A stretch of DNA of 64,000 nucleotides from Moraxella sp. TY6 (GCF_048551375.1 NZ_JBLYZJ010000006.1:80051-144050); one strand, 5' to 3'; shown: positions 1 through 11,463, counted from the stretch's first letter. The notes: generated by a model not told the origin, from the letters alone. Translations and numbers: made by a program.

Positions 1-441
1 AATGCCAGTATTTCAGGGGCAGAGGTGGGTTGTCAAGGTGAGGTCGGTTCGGCTTGTGCGATGGCAGCGGCAGGTTTGACCCATGTACTTGGCGGAACAC
101 CACGACAATGTGCCAATGCGGCTGAAATTGGCATTGAGCATCATTTGGGTTTGACGTGTGACCCCATCGCAGGGTTGGTTCAAGTTCCTTGTATCGAACG
201 GAATGCCATGGCAGCAGTCAAGGCGATTAATGCATCAAGATTGGCACTCAAAGGCAATGGGCATCATGTGGTGTCATTAGATAAAGCCATCAAAACCATG
301 CAGGATACAGGCAGGGATATGATGTCAAAATATAAAGAAACCTCAATGGGCGGATTAGCCATCAATGTGATGACCGACAGCCAAGACCACGCTTCGCTTA
401 TCCCGATGATTGATGTTACTGTGAATTATAGTCAATGTTAA
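1..441 (+). CDS. sdaA: L-serine dehydratase, C-terminal fragment (5' end outside window)
   Basis: ORF open to window edge; translation [49 protein letters not shown] matches the conserved C-terminus of Fe-S L-serine dehydratases. Confidence 0.85.
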   Translation, partial: NASISGAEVGCQGEVGSACAMAAAGLTHVLGGTPRQCANAAEIGIEHHLGLTCDPIAGLVQVPCIERNAMAAVKAINASRLALKGNGHHVVSLDKAIKTMQDTGRDMMSKYKETSMGGLAINVMTDSQDHASLIPMIDVTVNYSQC

Positions 442-456
442 TAAAAGGAATCTATT

Positions 457-1188
457 TTGAATATCACCACCTCTACCTCATCTTTATTGCAATCACCCAT
501 GAAAGAAAATTTTAGCGATGTTGAAAATCTTGCGGTGATTGACCTTGACCAAGGTAATTTGGTACACCAACCCAAAAGCGTGGATATTTCACCGATTATT
601 GCGTTTTTGGGCGTGCAAACTTCACAAAAATGGCTAGATGGTGCGTTGGCGGATTTGCCGACCATTATCCAAGACCATGCCAATTGTGAAAAAAAAGCAG
701 CAGGCACGGCAATGAATTTGATTTTTCGCTATATGTCGCACACTGAGCTACAGCTAAAACTCGCCCAATTGATTCGTGAGGAAATGCTTCATTATGAGCA
801 AGTAATGGGCTTGATGGCAGAGCGTGGACAAGCATGGCAACATATTCCAGCAGGTCGCTATGCAGGCGGTATGCTCAAGCATAAACGCACCTATGAACCA
901 CAGGCGATGATTGATACGTTAATTATTGGGGCGTATATCGAGGCTCGCTCATGTGAACGGTTTTTTGCGTTATCAGAAGTCATCAATGATGAGCGTTTGG
1001 CGAAGTATTATCGCTATTTATTAAAGTCAGAAAGCCGACATTTTGAGGATTATTTGGCACTCGCTCAGTCGATTAGTGATGAGGATATCAGTGAGCGTGT
1101 GTCATTTTTTAGGACGGTAGAAAATGAACTGATAAGCACGCCAGACCATGAGTTACGTTTTCATAGTGGCGTGCCTAGTTGGTTATAA
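457..1188 (+). CDS. miaE: MiaE-like tRNA-(ms2io6A37) hydroxylase (ferritin-fold di-iron); true start may be internal Met at ~499
   Basis: 243-aa ORF with paired ExxH-type di-iron motifs (..CEKKAAGTA.., ..SESRHFEDY..); begins 15 bp after the sdaA stop. Confidence 0.55.
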   Translation: MNITTSTSSLLQSPMKENFSDVENLAVIDLDQGNLVHQPKSVDISPIIAFLGVQTSQKWLDGALADLPTIIQDHANCEKKAAGTAMNLIFRYMSHTELQLKLAQLIREEMLHYEQVMGLMAERGQAWQHIPAGRYAGGMLKHKRTYEPQAMIDTLIIGAYIEARSCERFFALSEVINDERLAKYYRYLLKSESRHFEDYLALAQSISDEDISERVSFFRTVENELISTPDHELRFHSGVPSWL

Positions 1189-1229
1189 AAATAGTTGGTT
1201 ATAAAAACAGGTAATAAGCAAATAAAATC

Positions 1230-1553
1230 TTAACGTGGAATATCTACCGAACCATCTGTTAAAGTTTCCAACATAGGGGCAACATCATTATTCCCTTGAA
1301 TGGCTTCTTTTAGCGTGGCTGTGGTAGCTTCAGGTAGCACGACCACATCTTTATCGTCAATCAATGTATCATCACTGGTTTGGGTTTTGATAGCTGATTG
1401 CGGTGAGTTATCAAAAATATCTGGCGTTTCGATAGCGTCTGGACGTCTTGCGGTCATTCCCTCACCTGCTTGGTGGGTCACGCTATCTTCTACTAAAACT
1501 CGTTGGGTCGGCTGTGATTGATTATTCATTATCTTGTTCCTTTTATTCATCAT
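1230..1553 (-). CDS. hypothetical small protein
   Basis: 107-aa ORF in an otherwise gene-free gap followed by an AT-rich region; no recognisable motif. Confidence 0.3.
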   Translation of the reverse strand: MMNKRNKIMNNQSQPTQRVLVEDSVTHQAGEGMTARRPDAIETPDIFDNSPQSAIKTQTSDDTLIDDKDVVVLPEATTATLKEAIQGNNDVAPMLETLTDGSVDIPR

Positions 1554-1801
1554 TACAATATTTAACTATTGGGTTTGGTATTTTGAAATAACGCCCAATG
1601 ATGGTAACAAATTCCCACGTTAAGATAAGCTGATAATTGGTTAAACTATGTGATAATTGTCAAAAGGCTGTAAAGTATTGCTTAGTGTTTAAAAGTTTGC
1701 GATTTTTTACAGCAAAACCAATCCTCTGATATGTTGGGCGTATACAACACGCTCCTACAAAGCCTATCTAATGACTCATTTAAACAAGCCTATCATCACC
1801 C

Positions 1802-3052
1802 TTAACCAAACAATTTATCCGTTCTTTCTTGGCTAAGGATATTGGCATAGCTGACCACAAACAGCCCAAACGCCACTATCCACAAGCCCTGTGCCAAGCC
1901 AAGACTCATCAGATAATGCGAGGGTAATAACCATCCTAACACCACCCTTGTTAGCCACGCCAATAGCATTGCCATAAATATCACGCTCACGGTTTTTGGC
2001 GGTGTATGGACGCTTCGCCCTGTATGCCCTAGACTGACCCGTGCCATCATGGCAAGCGTCATCAGCCCAATCCCTGCAATCGCCACACCGTGCATGGCAA
2101 GGCTATGACTGACCCAACCGAAAGGCACAAGGGCAAATAAGCCAAATCCCAACACCATGCCAAAAAATGCCAACCACAATGACCATAATAGCGGACGTTG
2201 CCAAATACCACTCAAATGCCAGTTTTTAAGGCGTAAGGCATTACTCACCGCCACCAATATTGCCGAACCACTAATCAGCCATTTTGCCCATTCCAATTGA
2301 CCGAGTTGAGCAAGAAAAATATCACTGATAAAAAACCCAAAAAACGCCCCTAAGCTCAAGCGGTCTAGTAGCACGGAATTTTTGACGGTCTGCTCGACTT
2401 TGCCATTTTCGGCAATGCCTCGTTCAATAAACATCGGCATCACTCGCCGACCAATAGTCAGTACCACGCCAATAATCAGATAAAAACCGAACAACAAGCT
2501 CATTTGCTGACCCTGTAGGGCGTTTTGAAAAAGGGCGATATAAAACCAAATTTGCCCAATCAGCAATAACAGCAACTTAGCAACAATCCCAATTTGGCGT
2601 TTTTGACGCACGGTATAAATCGGCTTAATCACAAAAAATGCCGTGAGTAGCCAAAATGCTAAATCGGCAATCATCGCCAGCCATGTCCATTGGTTAAGAT
2701 TGATGCCATTGATTAGGAAAATCAGCCGAGCGATAGCCCACGGGGTGAAAATCGCCAATAGCTTATAGCCATACGGCATGGGTTGATTTGTCCATGTTTT
2801 GACAGCGGTAAGCAAAAACCCTGCAATCACCGCCAACGCATAGCCATAAATCATCTCATGTCCATGCCAATAAAACGGCATCATTTGGCTATTGGGGTCA
2901 AAACCAAAGTGAGTGGCGAAGGTGATATGTGACCATTTCAGCATGGTCAAGATGGCGAATACACTCGCCCCCAAGAAAAAAATCCGAAATCCAAGATTGA
3001 GTACAGGATGGGGCGAGGTAGGACGTTTGGTGGGTAATTTGATTTGTTGCAT
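1802..3052 (-). CDS. NnrS-family polytopic membrane protein
   Basis: 416 aa, about 12 hydrophobic segments, N-terminal HPVLNLGFRIFFLGASVFA resembles the NnrS signature. Confidence 0.55.
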   Translation of the reverse strand: MQQIKLPTKRPTSPHPVLNLGFRIFFLGASVFAILTMLKWSHITFATHFGFDPNSQMMPFYWHGHEMIYGYALAVIAGFLLTAVKTWTNQPMPYGYKLLAIFTPWAIARLIFLINGINLNQWTWLAMIADLAFWLLTAFFVIKPIYTVRQKRQIGIVAKLLLLLIGQIWFYIALFQNALQGQQMSLLFGFYLIIGVVLTIGRRVMPMFIERGIAENGKVEQTVKNSVLLDRLSLGAFFGFFISDIFLAQLGQLEWAKWLISGSAILVAVSNALRLKNWHLSGIWQRPLLWSLWLAFFGMVLGFGLFALVPFGWVSHSLAMHGVAIAGIGLMTLAMMARVSLGHTGRSVHTPPKTVSVIFMAMLLAWLTRVVLGWLLPSHYLMSLGLAQGLWIVAFGLFVVSYANILSQERTDKLFG

Positions 3053-3145
3053 GGGACAGACCTTGTTTTGTCAAGATGGACAATGCGAGCCGTTAATGTA
3101 ACACACTCGCTGTCTATGCACCATGCTACTAAAGGATAATGATTC

Positions 3146-5377
3146 TTAAGATTTATTAAACACAATCTTTTGCAACAAAAAGTCTTGGGCAGAAAATGCT
3201 TTTTCCCCATCTTTAGGCATGACAGCAGTCCAAGTACCTTTGGCATCTAGCTCCCACGCACTGAGGGTATCTTTAAGATAGTTTTGTAGGTCTTCCATGA
3301 TACGGTTAAACACGGTGTTATCCTCGATAGGGAATGCCACTTCCACACGATTCATCAAGTTGCGTTCCATCCAGTCGGCACTGGCACAGTAAAGGCGAGC
3401 CTTTCCTTTTTCTTGTTTATGGCTATTTTGCTCATAGCTACCGTTGGCAAAATAATACACACGGGTATGTTCCAAAAACCGAGAAACAATCGAACGTACA
3501 CGGATATTATCCGACACGCCTGCCAGTTGCGGACGTAAGCAACACATTGAGCGAGTGATAAGGTCGATTTTTACCCCTGCTTGTGAGGCTTGGTATAGCT
3601 TGTCAATGAGTTTTTGCTCAGTCAAGGCATTGACTTTAATGATAATGCGTCCCTCTCGCCCTGCTTTGACATGGGCGATTTCATCATCAATATAGTCAAG
3701 TAACTTGTCATGTAGGGTGAATGGTGCATGCAGTAATTTTTGCAATTTGGCAGGTTTACCCATACCTGTGAGTTCGTTAAAAATTTTATGCACGTCATCG
3801 GTCACGGCTTCATTGGCAGTGAATAGCCCATAGTCGGTGTAGGCTTTGGCATTGCCAGCGTGGTAGTTGCCCGTACCAAGATGCACATAACGGCGGATTT
3901 TATCTTCATCACGTTTGACAATCATCATCAATTTGGCGTGGGTTTTATAGCCGACAATGCCATATACCACCACTGCCCCTGCTTGTTGTAGAAAGTTCGC
4001 CACTTCGATATTGGATTTTTCATCAAATCTGGCACGTAGCTCAATGACGGCAGTGACTTCTTTGCCATTGCGAGCGGCTTCGGCTAGGGCTTTGACGATT
4101 TCTGAGTTTGTACCAGAGCGGTATAGGGTTTGTTTAATCGCTAACACGCTAGGGTCATTGGCGGCATGACGCAGTAAATTGACCACAGGGGCAAACGAAT
4201 GAAACGGATGATGAATCAATACGTCTTGCTTACGAATGGTGTGAAAGACGTTTTCGTTTTTATCCATCGACTCACGGCGAAACGCCTTAGGAATCATGTG
4301 AGTAAATGGCTGATAGCGTAGGTGTGGAATTTTAAAATCAAACAGCAATCGTGTCAGATTCACAGGCCCATTGACTCGGTATAATTGCTCATTACTCAGA
4401 CCAAATTCATTCAGCAAGTATTGCACCACGTTATCAGGGCATTTGGTAGTGACTTCGAGGCGGACTTTTGCCCCAAAACGGCGGTTTTCTAACTCACCCT
4501 CAAGGGCTTTTGCCAAGTCTTCCACATCATCAGACAAGTCCAAATCTGCATTACGAGTCAGGCGGAACTGGTTACAGCCCGTCACCGTCATCCCTGTAAA
4601 CAATTCACCAATATGCTCATGTATCACGGCAGTCAGCATAATGTGATGTTCTTTACCGCCTGTCAGCTCATTTGGCAAGCGAATAACACGAGGCAGACTG
4701 CGAGGGGCAGGCACGACCGCCAAATCAATCTCACGCCCAAAGCCATCTTTGCCCGTCAAACTCACCATAAAGTTAAGGCTTTTATTGACCAAGCGTGGGA
4801 ATGGGTGGGCAGGGTCAATACTAATAGGCGTCAGCACTGGGGCGACTTGCTCATCAAAATATCGCTTGACCCACTGAGCTTGTTCTTTGGTCAACTCATC
4901 ACGCTTGAGGTAGCGAATATCTTGCTCGGCAAGGGCTGGCAATACTTCTTCATTCAAAATGCGGTACTGCTCTGCCACCGCTTGATGGGCGATTTCAGAA
5001 ATATACGATAATACTTTACTTGGACGCATCCCATCAATACTGGTCGCCACATCGCCCATTTGCATTTTTTGCATCAAACCTGCCACACGAATCTCAAAAA
5101 ACTCATCGAGATTGGACGAAAAAATAATCAAGAAAAACAAGCGTTCTAGCAAAGGATGTTGCGGATTGCGAGCTTGAGCAAGGACACGCTGATGAAACTG
5201 AAGCAACGACAACTCACGGTTAAAGTACAAATCAGTGGGGTTATTGCTATATTCAAATACCTGAGGATAGTTAATACTGGTCATCGAGGCATTATGAACC
5301 ATAGTGTTGATATATTCATTATCTTTTTGGGTGGTGATATCGGCTTGTTCAGTTGGTGTCGGTTTGGCTGTGGTCAT
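3146..5377 (-). CDS. ppk: polyphosphate kinase 1
   Basis: 743 aa; N-terminal [17 protein letters not shown] motif and overall PPK1 architecture. Confidence 0.9.
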   Translation of the reverse strand: MTTAKPTPTEQADITTQKDNEYINTMVHNASMTSINYPQVFEYSNNPTDLYFNRELSLLQFHQRVLAQARNPQHPLLERLFFLIIFSSNLDEFFEIRVAGLMQKMQMGDVATSIDGMRPSKVLSYISEIAHQAVAEQYRILNEEVLPALAEQDIRYLKRDELTKEQAQWVKRYFDEQVAPVLTPISIDPAHPFPRLVNKSLNFMVSLTGKDGFGREIDLAVVPAPRSLPRVIRLPNELTGGKEHHIMLTAVIHEHIGELFTGMTVTGCNQFRLTRNADLDLSDDVEDLAKALEGELENRRFGAKVRLEVTTKCPDNVVQYLLNEFGLSNEQLYRVNGPVNLTRLLFDFKIPHLRYQPFTHMIPKAFRRESMDKNENVFHTIRKQDVLIHHPFHSFAPVVNLLRHAANDPSVLAIKQTLYRSGTNSEIVKALAEAARNGKEVTAVIELRARFDEKSNIEVANFLQQAGAVVVYGIVGYKTHAKLMMIVKRDEDKIRRYVHLGTGNYHAGNAKAYTDYGLFTANEAVTDDVHKIFNELTGMGKPAKLQKLLHAPFTLHDKLLDYIDDEIAHVKAGREGRIIIKVNALTEQKLIDKLYQASQAGVKIDLITRSMCCLRPQLAGVSDNIRVRSIVSRFLEHTRVYYFANGSYEQNSHKQEKGKARLYCASADWMERNLMNRVEVAFPIEDNTVFNRIMEDLQNYLKDTLSAWELDAKGTWTAVMPKDGEKAFSAQDFLLQKIVFNKS

Positions 5378-5416
5378 GGGATTTCCTTAATTTTTTGGTA
5401 TATGACTTATGCAAAC

Positions 5417-5495
5417 GACACTGGATTCCTGCATTCGCAGGAATGACGAAAAATTTTACGGAATCGTCACCCCTGCGTAGGCAGGGGTCTAGCGT
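5417..5495. repeat. MITE-like intergenic repeat, family 2 (two hairpins, 8-bp terminal inverted repeats GACACTGG/CCAGTGTC), inverted copy
   Basis: gacactggattcctgcattcgcaggaatgacg...cgtcacccctgcgtaggcaggggtct is the reverse complement of the elements at 36453-36533 and 60655-60741. Confidence 0.75.
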
Positions 5496-5606
5496 CTTTA
5501 TTTAGCAAGATAAATTTACAATTGGCGTAAGTCCTATGATAAATAACGGCTCAGTATAATGGGCTTTGTTGACCATTTGATTACAAGTGTGACAATTTAA
5601 TGACAG

Positions 5607-6398
5607 TTATTCAGTATCTGGTAAATCGGCAGCACCCATACGGCGTAAAATAATTTGGGTTTTATTGAGCAAGCGTCTGTCATTGCGATTTTTTTCATAA
5701 TACTTGGGATTGGGTAACATGGCAATCAATGAAGCGGATTGGCGTTTGGTCAAACGACTGGCGGATTTTTGATAATAATGCTGTGAAGCGGATTCAATGC
5801 CATAAATGCCTTTACCAAACTCAGCGACATTGAGATAGGCGGTCAAAATCCGTTCTTTTGTCCACATGTTTTCTATCATCAAGGTGATAATCGCCTCTTC
5901 ACCTTTACGCAGATAAGAGCGATTGGGGTATAAAAATAGATTTTTGGCAAGCTGTTGGCTAATGGTCGAGCCACCTGCCGAAATCGCCCCTGCTTTTTGG
6001 TTCTTTTTGATGGCGTTTTCGATACCTTGCACATCAAAACCTGCATGATTGCTAAAATTGGCATCTTCACTGGCAATCGCCGCACGTTTGACATTCACCG
6101 AGATTTGATTGTCTTCGACCCATGTTTGGCTTACCCCTTCAAAATGGGCCAAACGGTGCAAAATCATAAACATACTGTTATTAATCGGCTGGGTTTGCCA
6201 AATAAACAATAGCCCTGCCACCATCAGATGAAATACCACAAAAAACGTTACAATCGTCAATAGCAAACGTTTGACAAAGCGTTTAAATTTGCCTGTTTTG
6301 GGCGGTGGTGGGGGCAGACCGTGCGAGGCAGGTTTGCGAGGTTTGGCTTTGCGTGATGGGTGAGTTGAGTCGGACGTTTGGGGTAAGGCGTGGCTCAC
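5607..6398 (-). CDS. mtgA: monofunctional biosynthetic peptidoglycan transglycosylase (GT51)
   Basis: 263 aa; N-terminal TM plus GT51 motifs (EDANFSNHAGFD, GGSTISQQLAKN, RKGEEAI..LNVAEFG). Confidence 0.85.
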   Translation of the reverse strand: MSHALPQTSDSTHPSRKAKPRKPASHGLPPPPPKTGKFKRFVKRLLLTIVTFFVVFHLMVAGLLFIWQTQPINNSMFMILHRLAHFEGVSQTWVEDNQISVNVKRAAIASEDANFSNHAGFDVQGIENAIKKNQKAGAISAGGSTISQQLAKNLFLYPNRSYLRKGEEAIITLMIENMWTKERILTAYLNVAEFGKGIYGIESASQHYYQKSASRLTKRQSASLIAMLPNPKYYEKNRNDRRLLNKTQIILRRMGAADLPDTE

Positions 6399-6450
6399 AC
6401 GAATTTCCTTGACAAAAAACCTTTAGCAAACTTATACCAATAAATATCGT

Positions 6451-6525
6451 ATTGTAGGGGCTTATTGTATAAGCCCAATCTTTAAATTTTCAAACAGGGC
6501 GTAAGCATTACGCCCCTACGGCTTG
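6451..6525. repeat. REP/MITE-like composite hairpin repeat, family 1 (GTAGGGG..two palindromes..CCCCTAC)
   Basis: gtaggggcttattgtataagccc...gggcgtaagcattacgcccctac; related copies at 40434-40497, 60569-60591, 63034-63107. Confidence 0.7.
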
Positions 6526-6661
6526 AATTTTTGGATTTGGTATAACTAAAGAAAGGGAAAAATTAAAATTGGCTACGCTTGTGCCAATACAATTGTTAAA
6601 ATATACCCCATTCACGATTTTTTGGCTATCTTTTTGCGAAAATATCCCAAGGAAACTTGCC

Positions 6662-6931
6662 ATGCCCCACCCTATGCCCCCCAATCCATCCGTTAACTTG
6701 AATGACACATGGCAACTTTATGGTACGCTTGGCTGTCATCTGTGTGAAGATGCTGAAAATCTACTCAAACAAGCCCAAAGCGTGGCGGATATTAGCTTTG
6801 ATAAAGTCGATATTGCTGATTTGGACGAAGTAGACATGCTAAAACTGGCGGATAAAATCCCTGTGTTAGTCACGCAAAATCGTACACTGCATTATCCATT
6901 TTCGGTGATGGATATTTTGGCGTTGACTTAG
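6662..6931 (+). CDS. glutaredoxin-like thioredoxin-fold protein (CxxC)
   Basis: about 90 aa from ATG 6662 (ORF track starts earlier at 6569); YGTLGCHLCEDAE..KIPVL pattern typical of small glutaredoxin-like proteins. Confidence 0.45.
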   Translation: MPHPMPPNPSVNLNDTWQLYGTLGCHLCEDAENLLKQAQSVADISFDKVDIADLDEVDMLKLADKIPVLVTQNRTLHYPFSVMDILALT

Positions 6932-6937
6932 CATCAA

Positions 6938-6957
6938 AGGGCGTATTCAATACGCCC
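6938..6957. terminator. GC hairpin between convergent genes (possible bidirectional terminator)
   Basis: gggcgtattcaatacgcccc palindrome directly after the 6931 stop and before the 6996 stop of the converging gene. Confidence 0.45.
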
Positions 6958-6995
6958 CAAAATTCAATGTAATAAAACAATTTTCTTTGTAGTAA

Positions 6996-7355
6996 TCACA
7001 AACCTTTTGGCATTTTTAGCTCATTATCATTTTCTCGGTGAATAAAGTTTTGGGCTTCTTTCCACCCCTCTTCATCACCAAAATAAATCCGCCCATGCTG
7101 TGGGTCTTGATAAAACCGCATCATATTGCCTTTGCTATCTGCCATGCTAAAGGTCGCCAAAATATGCTCCCAACGCTTGCGGATATTGTCTTCATTTTGG
7201 TCACTCGCCAAAGTGGGCGTAAGGATATACGCCACTTCTTCGTATTGTTCTGGGGTCATGTGTTTTAGCACGTATTTGTTATCGACCAAGTTTTTGGCGA
7301 TACGTTTGATATCTACTAATGTGACATCGCCGTCATCAAGTTCAAGAAATATCAT
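6996..7355 (-). CDS. hypothetical protein
   Basis: 119-aa ORF, no recognisable motif. Confidence 0.4.
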   Translation of the reverse strand: MIFLELDDGDVTLVDIKRIAKNLVDNKYVLKHMTPEQYEEVAYILTPTLASDQNEDNIRKRWEHILATFSMADSKGNMMRFYQDPQHGRIYFGDEEGWKEAQNFIHRENDNELKMPKGL

Positions 7356-7429
7356 TTTTTGTACCTCATTATTGTGCTAATTATTATTTTTAAGTAAGTA
7401 GACAATTTTAAATGATAACTCCATTAACC

Positions 7430-7500
7430 CCCTCTAACTCCCCCTTAACAGGGGGAGAACCGCTCCCTCCCCTGCGAAGGGGAGGGTTGGGGTGGGGTCA
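7430..7500. repeat. C/G-tract hairpin repeat, family 4
   Basis: ccccctctaactccccc..cagggggag..ccctcccctgcgaaggggagggttggggtgggg; inverted near-identical copy at 11646-11720. Confidence 0.7.
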
Positions 7501-7537
7501 TTGATACTTGTATTTAATTTTGTCCTTTTACTTCCCC

Positions 7538-8152
7538 CTATGGTCGCAAGCGTACAAACAACTCGCTACCCTGTCGAGGGGTGATGGAATTATAGCACGG
7601 CTCAAGGGTGACTATCGTAAAGTATCGTGACAACAAGGACTGATATTCCGTCAAACTACCACCAAATGGCGGACTTTGTTCAAAGTCACGGTCAAATAAC
7701 ACGCCAAACAGCTCCCCTGTCGGCTTGAGCAGTCTTGCCATTTGCTCGGCATATTCGACTCGGCGGTCTGGGTCTATGGCACAAAAAAATGTCTGTTCAA
7801 TAATAAAATCAAATTGATAATCCGATGGTGACAAGGCAAAAAAATCTGCCTGTAGCAAATGCGAGGTCGGAAAGGTGGGATTGGCTTTGGCAAAATTGGC
7901 TAACGGCTGTTGAGCAAAATCCAATACGATGACGTTGGTAAAACCTTGCTCATGTAGGTATTGGGCTTCGTAGGCATTGCCTGCCCCTGCGATAAGCACT
8001 TGGCTGGTTTTATCCACGCCTTGTGCGATTAGGTGGTCGATATAGGCTTGTAAAGGCGGTGATATTTTACCAATATCCCAGCCTGTATAGCCGTGTTCAT
8101 AGCGGTCTTGCCAAAATTCGGCGGTGTTAACTTGGTGATTGGGTGTGTTCAT
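7538..8152 (-). CDS. class I SAM-dependent methyltransferase (TPMT-like)
   Basis: 204 aa; FWQDRYEHGYTGWD.. N-terminus and VLIAGAGNAYEAQYL..VIVLDFA SAM-binding pattern. Confidence 0.5.
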   Translation of the reverse strand: MNTPNHQVNTAEFWQDRYEHGYTGWDIGKISPPLQAYIDHLIAQGVDKTSQVLIAGAGNAYEAQYLHEQGFTNVIVLDFAQQPLANFAKANPTFPTSHLLQADFFALSPSDYQFDFIIEQTFFCAIDPDRRVEYAEQMARLLKPTGELFGVLFDRDFEQSPPFGGSLTEYQSLLSRYFTIVTLEPCYNSITPRQGSELFVRLRP

Positions 8153-8430
8153 AAGGTCAGCCTTTTAATATCCATTTATGCTCAGATTGTATGTTAAATA
8201 CGCTAATAATGCCATTACTGTTTTTTTGTACAAAAATTGGTTAAATCTTAAACAACCCTGTATTTGTTTGATAATAATTTTTAGACATTAAAAATTTGTT
8301 AATCACTTTTTGTTATATATGATTGATAATCACCCCAAAATGAGCCTACAATGAATTACTAAAAGTAATAAATCAGCAATAAAAATATTATAACTTATTG
8401 GTCAAAACCACAATTATTACGATAACCATT

Positions 8431-8470
8431 ACAACTAATTACAACTAATTACAACTAATTACAACTAATC
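8431..8470. repeat. 4x tandem decamer (ACAACTAATT) upstream of arcD
   Basis: acaactaatt acaactaatt acaactaatt acaactaatc, perfect except the last base; about 77 bp upstream of the arcD ATG. Confidence 0.9.
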
Positions 8471-8546
8471 TTTATCACCGTTCTTGCGACCAATAACTAT
8501 AATTCTAGATTTCTTTTATTTTTTGGGACTTATTAGGAGAATAACA

Positions 8547-9971
8547 ATGTCCGACAACAGCAAACTCAAACTCGGTGCTTTAACCGCCCTTGTCGTTGGC
8601 TCGATGATTGGCGGGGGCATTTTCTCATTACCTCAAAATATGGCTTCAGGTGCAGGTGCAGGTGCAACGCTCATTGGTTGGGCGATTACTGCGGTCGGTA
8701 TGCTGATGCTGGCTTTTGTGTTCCAAAATCTTGCTTTACACAAACCCGAACTGGACAATGGCGTGTATGCGTATGCCAAAGCAGGGTTTGGTAATTATCT
8801 TGGTTTTTCATCGGCATGGGGTTACTGGATTAGTGCGTGGATTGGTAACGTCAGTTATTTGGTGTTGCTATTTGGTACGCTCGGTTATTTCTTTCCTATA
8901 CTGGGTGAGGGCAATACGCCAATCGCCATTGTGTGTGCCTCCATTTTATTGTGGTTAGTGCATTTGTTGGTATTGCGAGGCATCAAAGAAGCCGCCTTTA
9001 TCAATTTGGTGACTACTATTGCCAAAATCGTGCCTTTATTGACCTTTATTGTGTTGGTCGGTTTGGCATTTAAAGCGGATGTGTTTAACACCGATTTTTG
9101 GGGCAATGCCGATGCCAATTTGGGCAGTGTCACTAACCAAGTCAAAAGCATGATGCTAGTCACCGTATGGGTGTTTATCGGTATTGAGGGTGCAAGTGTG
9201 TACTCTGCTCGTGCCGAGAAACGTAGCGATGTAGGTAAAGCCACTGTGATGGGATTTTTTGGGGTATTGGCATTGCTCGTGTTGGTCAACGTGCTATCAC
9301 TTGGTGTGATGAGCCGTCCTGAACTTGCCGAACTCAAAAACCCTTCAATGGCGTCTGTATTACAACATGTCGTTGGCTCTTGGGGTGCAGCGTTTATTTC
9401 GATTGGCTTGATTATTTCTTTGACAGGGGCGTTGTTATCTTGGGTGCTATTGTCAGGTGAGATTTTATTCTCGGCTGCCAAAGACCACACCATGCCAAAT
9501 TTCTTTGGCAAAGAAAATAAAAACGGTGTACCAGCCAATGCGTTATGGGTATCAAATGGGGCAATTCAGTTATTCTTAATCATCACTTTATTCTCTAGTA
9601 GCTCGTATTTGCAATTGCTGTATCTTGCTACTTCGATGATTTTGATGCCTTATTTCTTCTCAACAGCGTATGCGGTCAAACTTGCTTTGACAGGTGATGG
9701 CTACGAAACCGACAGTCGCCATAAAACTCGTGATTTGGTAATTGGTGTGGTAGCGATGGTATATAGTATGTGGTTATTGTATGCCGCAGGTGCGAAATAC
9801 CTACTATTATCTGCCTTGCTATATGCCCCCGGTGCGATTGTGTATTACATTGCTCGCCGTGAAAACAACAAACTGGTCTTTACCAATATCGAAAAAGTCT
9901 ATTTTGCCTTATCCGTCATCGGTGCGATTGTAGCGGCGATTGGATTATTTAACGGTTCGCTTGAGTTGTAA
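8547..9971 (+). CDS. arcD: arginine/ornithine antiporter
   Basis: ATG at 8547 preceded by AGGAGA; MSDNSKLKLGALTALVVGSMIGGGIFSLPQNMA start typical of ArcD/APC transporters; first gene of the arc cluster. Confidence 0.9.
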   Translation: MSDNSKLKLGALTALVVGSMIGGGIFSLPQNMASGAGAGATLIGWAITAVGMLMLAFVFQNLALHKPELDNGVYAYAKAGFGNYLGFSSAWGYWISAWIGNVSYLVLLFGTLGYFFPILGEGNTPIAIVCASILLWLVHLLVLRGIKEAAFINLVTTIAKIVPLLTFIVLVGLAFKADVFNTDFWGNADANLGSVTNQVKSMMLVTVWVFIGIEGASVYSARAEKRSDVGKATVMGFFGVLALLVLVNVLSLGVMSRPELAELKNPSMASVLQHVVGSWGAAFISIGLIISLTGALLSWVLLSGEILFSAAKDHTMPNFFGKENKNGVPANALWVSNGAIQLFLIITLFSSSSYLQLLYLATSMILMPYFFSTAYAVKLALTGDGYETDSRHKTRDLVIGVVAMVYSMWLLYAAGAKYLLLSALLYAPGAIVYYIARRENNKLVFTNIEKVYFALSVIGAIVAAIGLFNGSLEL

Positions 9972-10038
9972 AAAGCGATGAAATTAACGTTTATTCTAAG
10001 CAGTATTATTATTCACAACAATCAAAAGGAGTCTTAAC

Positions 10039-11301
10039 ATGACCACACAACAAAATCAAAATAAAAAATTAGGTGTCCACTCTGAAGTCGGTAAACTTCA
10101 CCGTGTGATGGTATGTACCCCCGGTTTGGCACACACTCGTTTAACCCCAGAAAATTGCGATAGCTTATTATTTGATGACGTATTATGGGTCAACCAAGCC
10201 AAACGTGACCACTTTGATTTCGCCACCAAAATGCGTGACCGCAATGTCGAAGTATTAGAAATGCACGACCTACTTGCCGAAACCGTCACCAATCCAGAGG
10301 CCCTAACATGGATTCTTGACCGCAAACTGACCCCAAACCGTGTAGAACTCACCACCCTTAATGAACTACGAAGCTGGTTTGAAGGCTTGACTGCTCGCCA
10401 ACAAGCAGAGTATTTGATTGGTGGCGTGAGTGTACATGATTTACCAAAAGAATTGGGCGGTAGTAGCCGTGATTTGGTCGAAATTTCTCACGGTCATGCA
10501 GGCTTTGCTTTGCCACCACTACCCAACACCATGTTCACTCGTGATACCACTGCATGGATTTATGGTGGCGTAACCCTAAACCCTATGTACTGGCCTGCTC
10601 GCCGTCAGGAAACCTTGCTAACTTCTGCAATTTATAAATTCCACCCCATGTTTGCCAATGAAGACTACAAAGTATGGTTTGGCAATCCTGATGAATACTT
10701 TGGTAATGCCACCCTTGAAGGCGGTGATATTTTCCCAATCGGTAAAGGCGTGGTCTTGGTCGGTATGGGCGAACGTTCATCCATTCAAGCAATTGAACAA
10801 CTTGCCTTGAGCCTATTTAAAAACAAAACTGCCGAACGTGTGATTGTCGCTGCTTTACCAAAATCACGCTCTGCCATGCACTTAGACACCGTATTTACCT
10901 TCTGTGACCGTGACTTGGTCAATATCTTCCCAGAAGTGGTAGACAATATTACCTCATTTAGCTTACGTCCAAGCGAAGATGGCAAAGGGCTAGATGTGCG
11001 TAAAGAAGACAAAAAATTCGTTGATGTTGTCGCCGAAGCATTGGGTCTAAAACAGCTTCGTGTGGTACAAACAGGCGGTGACGAATATGCCTCAGAACGT
11101 GAACAATGGGATGATGGTAATAACGTATTTGCCCTAGAACCCGGTGTGGTTGTCGGCTATGACCGCAACACTTATACCAATACCCTACTTCGTAAAGCAG
11201 GCGTGGAAGTCATCACCATCAGCTCATCTGAGCTAGGTCGTGGTCGTGGGGGCGGTCGTTGTATGACCTGTCCAATCATCCGTGATGCGGTGGATTATTA
11301 A
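10039..11301 (+). CDS. arcA: arginine deiminase
   Basis: 420 aa, ends ..[15 protein letters not shown] (catalytic Cys region); RBS AAAGGAG. Confidence 0.95.
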   Translation: MTTQQNQNKKLGVHSEVGKLHRVMVCTPGLAHTRLTPENCDSLLFDDVLWVNQAKRDHFDFATKMRDRNVEVLEMHDLLAETVTNPEALTWILDRKLTPNRVELTTLNELRSWFEGLTARQQAEYLIGGVSVHDLPKELGGSSRDLVEISHGHAGFALPPLPNTMFTRDTTAWIYGGVTLNPMYWPARRQETLLTSAIYKFHPMFANEDYKVWFGNPDEYFGNATLEGGDIFPIGKGVVLVGMGERSSIQAIEQLALSLFKNKTAERVIVAALPKSRSAMHLDTVFTFCDRDLVNIFPEVVDNITSFSLRPSEDGKGLDVRKEDKKFVDVVAEALGLKQLRVVQTGGDEYASEREQWDDGNNVFALEPGVVVGYDRNTYTNTLLRKAGVEVITISSSELGRGRGGGRCMTCPIIRDAVDY

Positions 11302-11354
11302 TTTGATGCTGATGTAAATATTGTAAATTATTAAGGCTTACGCAAAAATGCCAT

Positions 11355-11433
11355 TTGTAGGTTGGGTGGAAGAATGACACCCAACATAAACCATTGAAAT
11401 TGTTGGGTATCGCAAGCTCTACCCAACCTACGA
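11355..11433. repeat. hairpin repeat, family-1 variant (GTAGGTTGGGTG..CACCCAACCTAC)
   Basis: two palindromes bounded by gtaggttggg / cccaacctac in the arcA-arcB spacer. Confidence 0.55.
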
Positions 11434-11463
11434 TTTGGTTAAATGCGTAAGTCCTAATTATAA

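Noticed and set aside
8431-8470. Possible CRISPR array
   Set aside because: Four contiguous 10-bp units with no spacers and no cas genes. This is a simple tandem repeat, not CRISPR. No other spacer-repeat architecture was seen in the window.
8885-9538. 217-aa minus-strand ORF
   Set aside because: Lies entirely antisense within arcD, which has unambiguous transporter sequence and an RBS.
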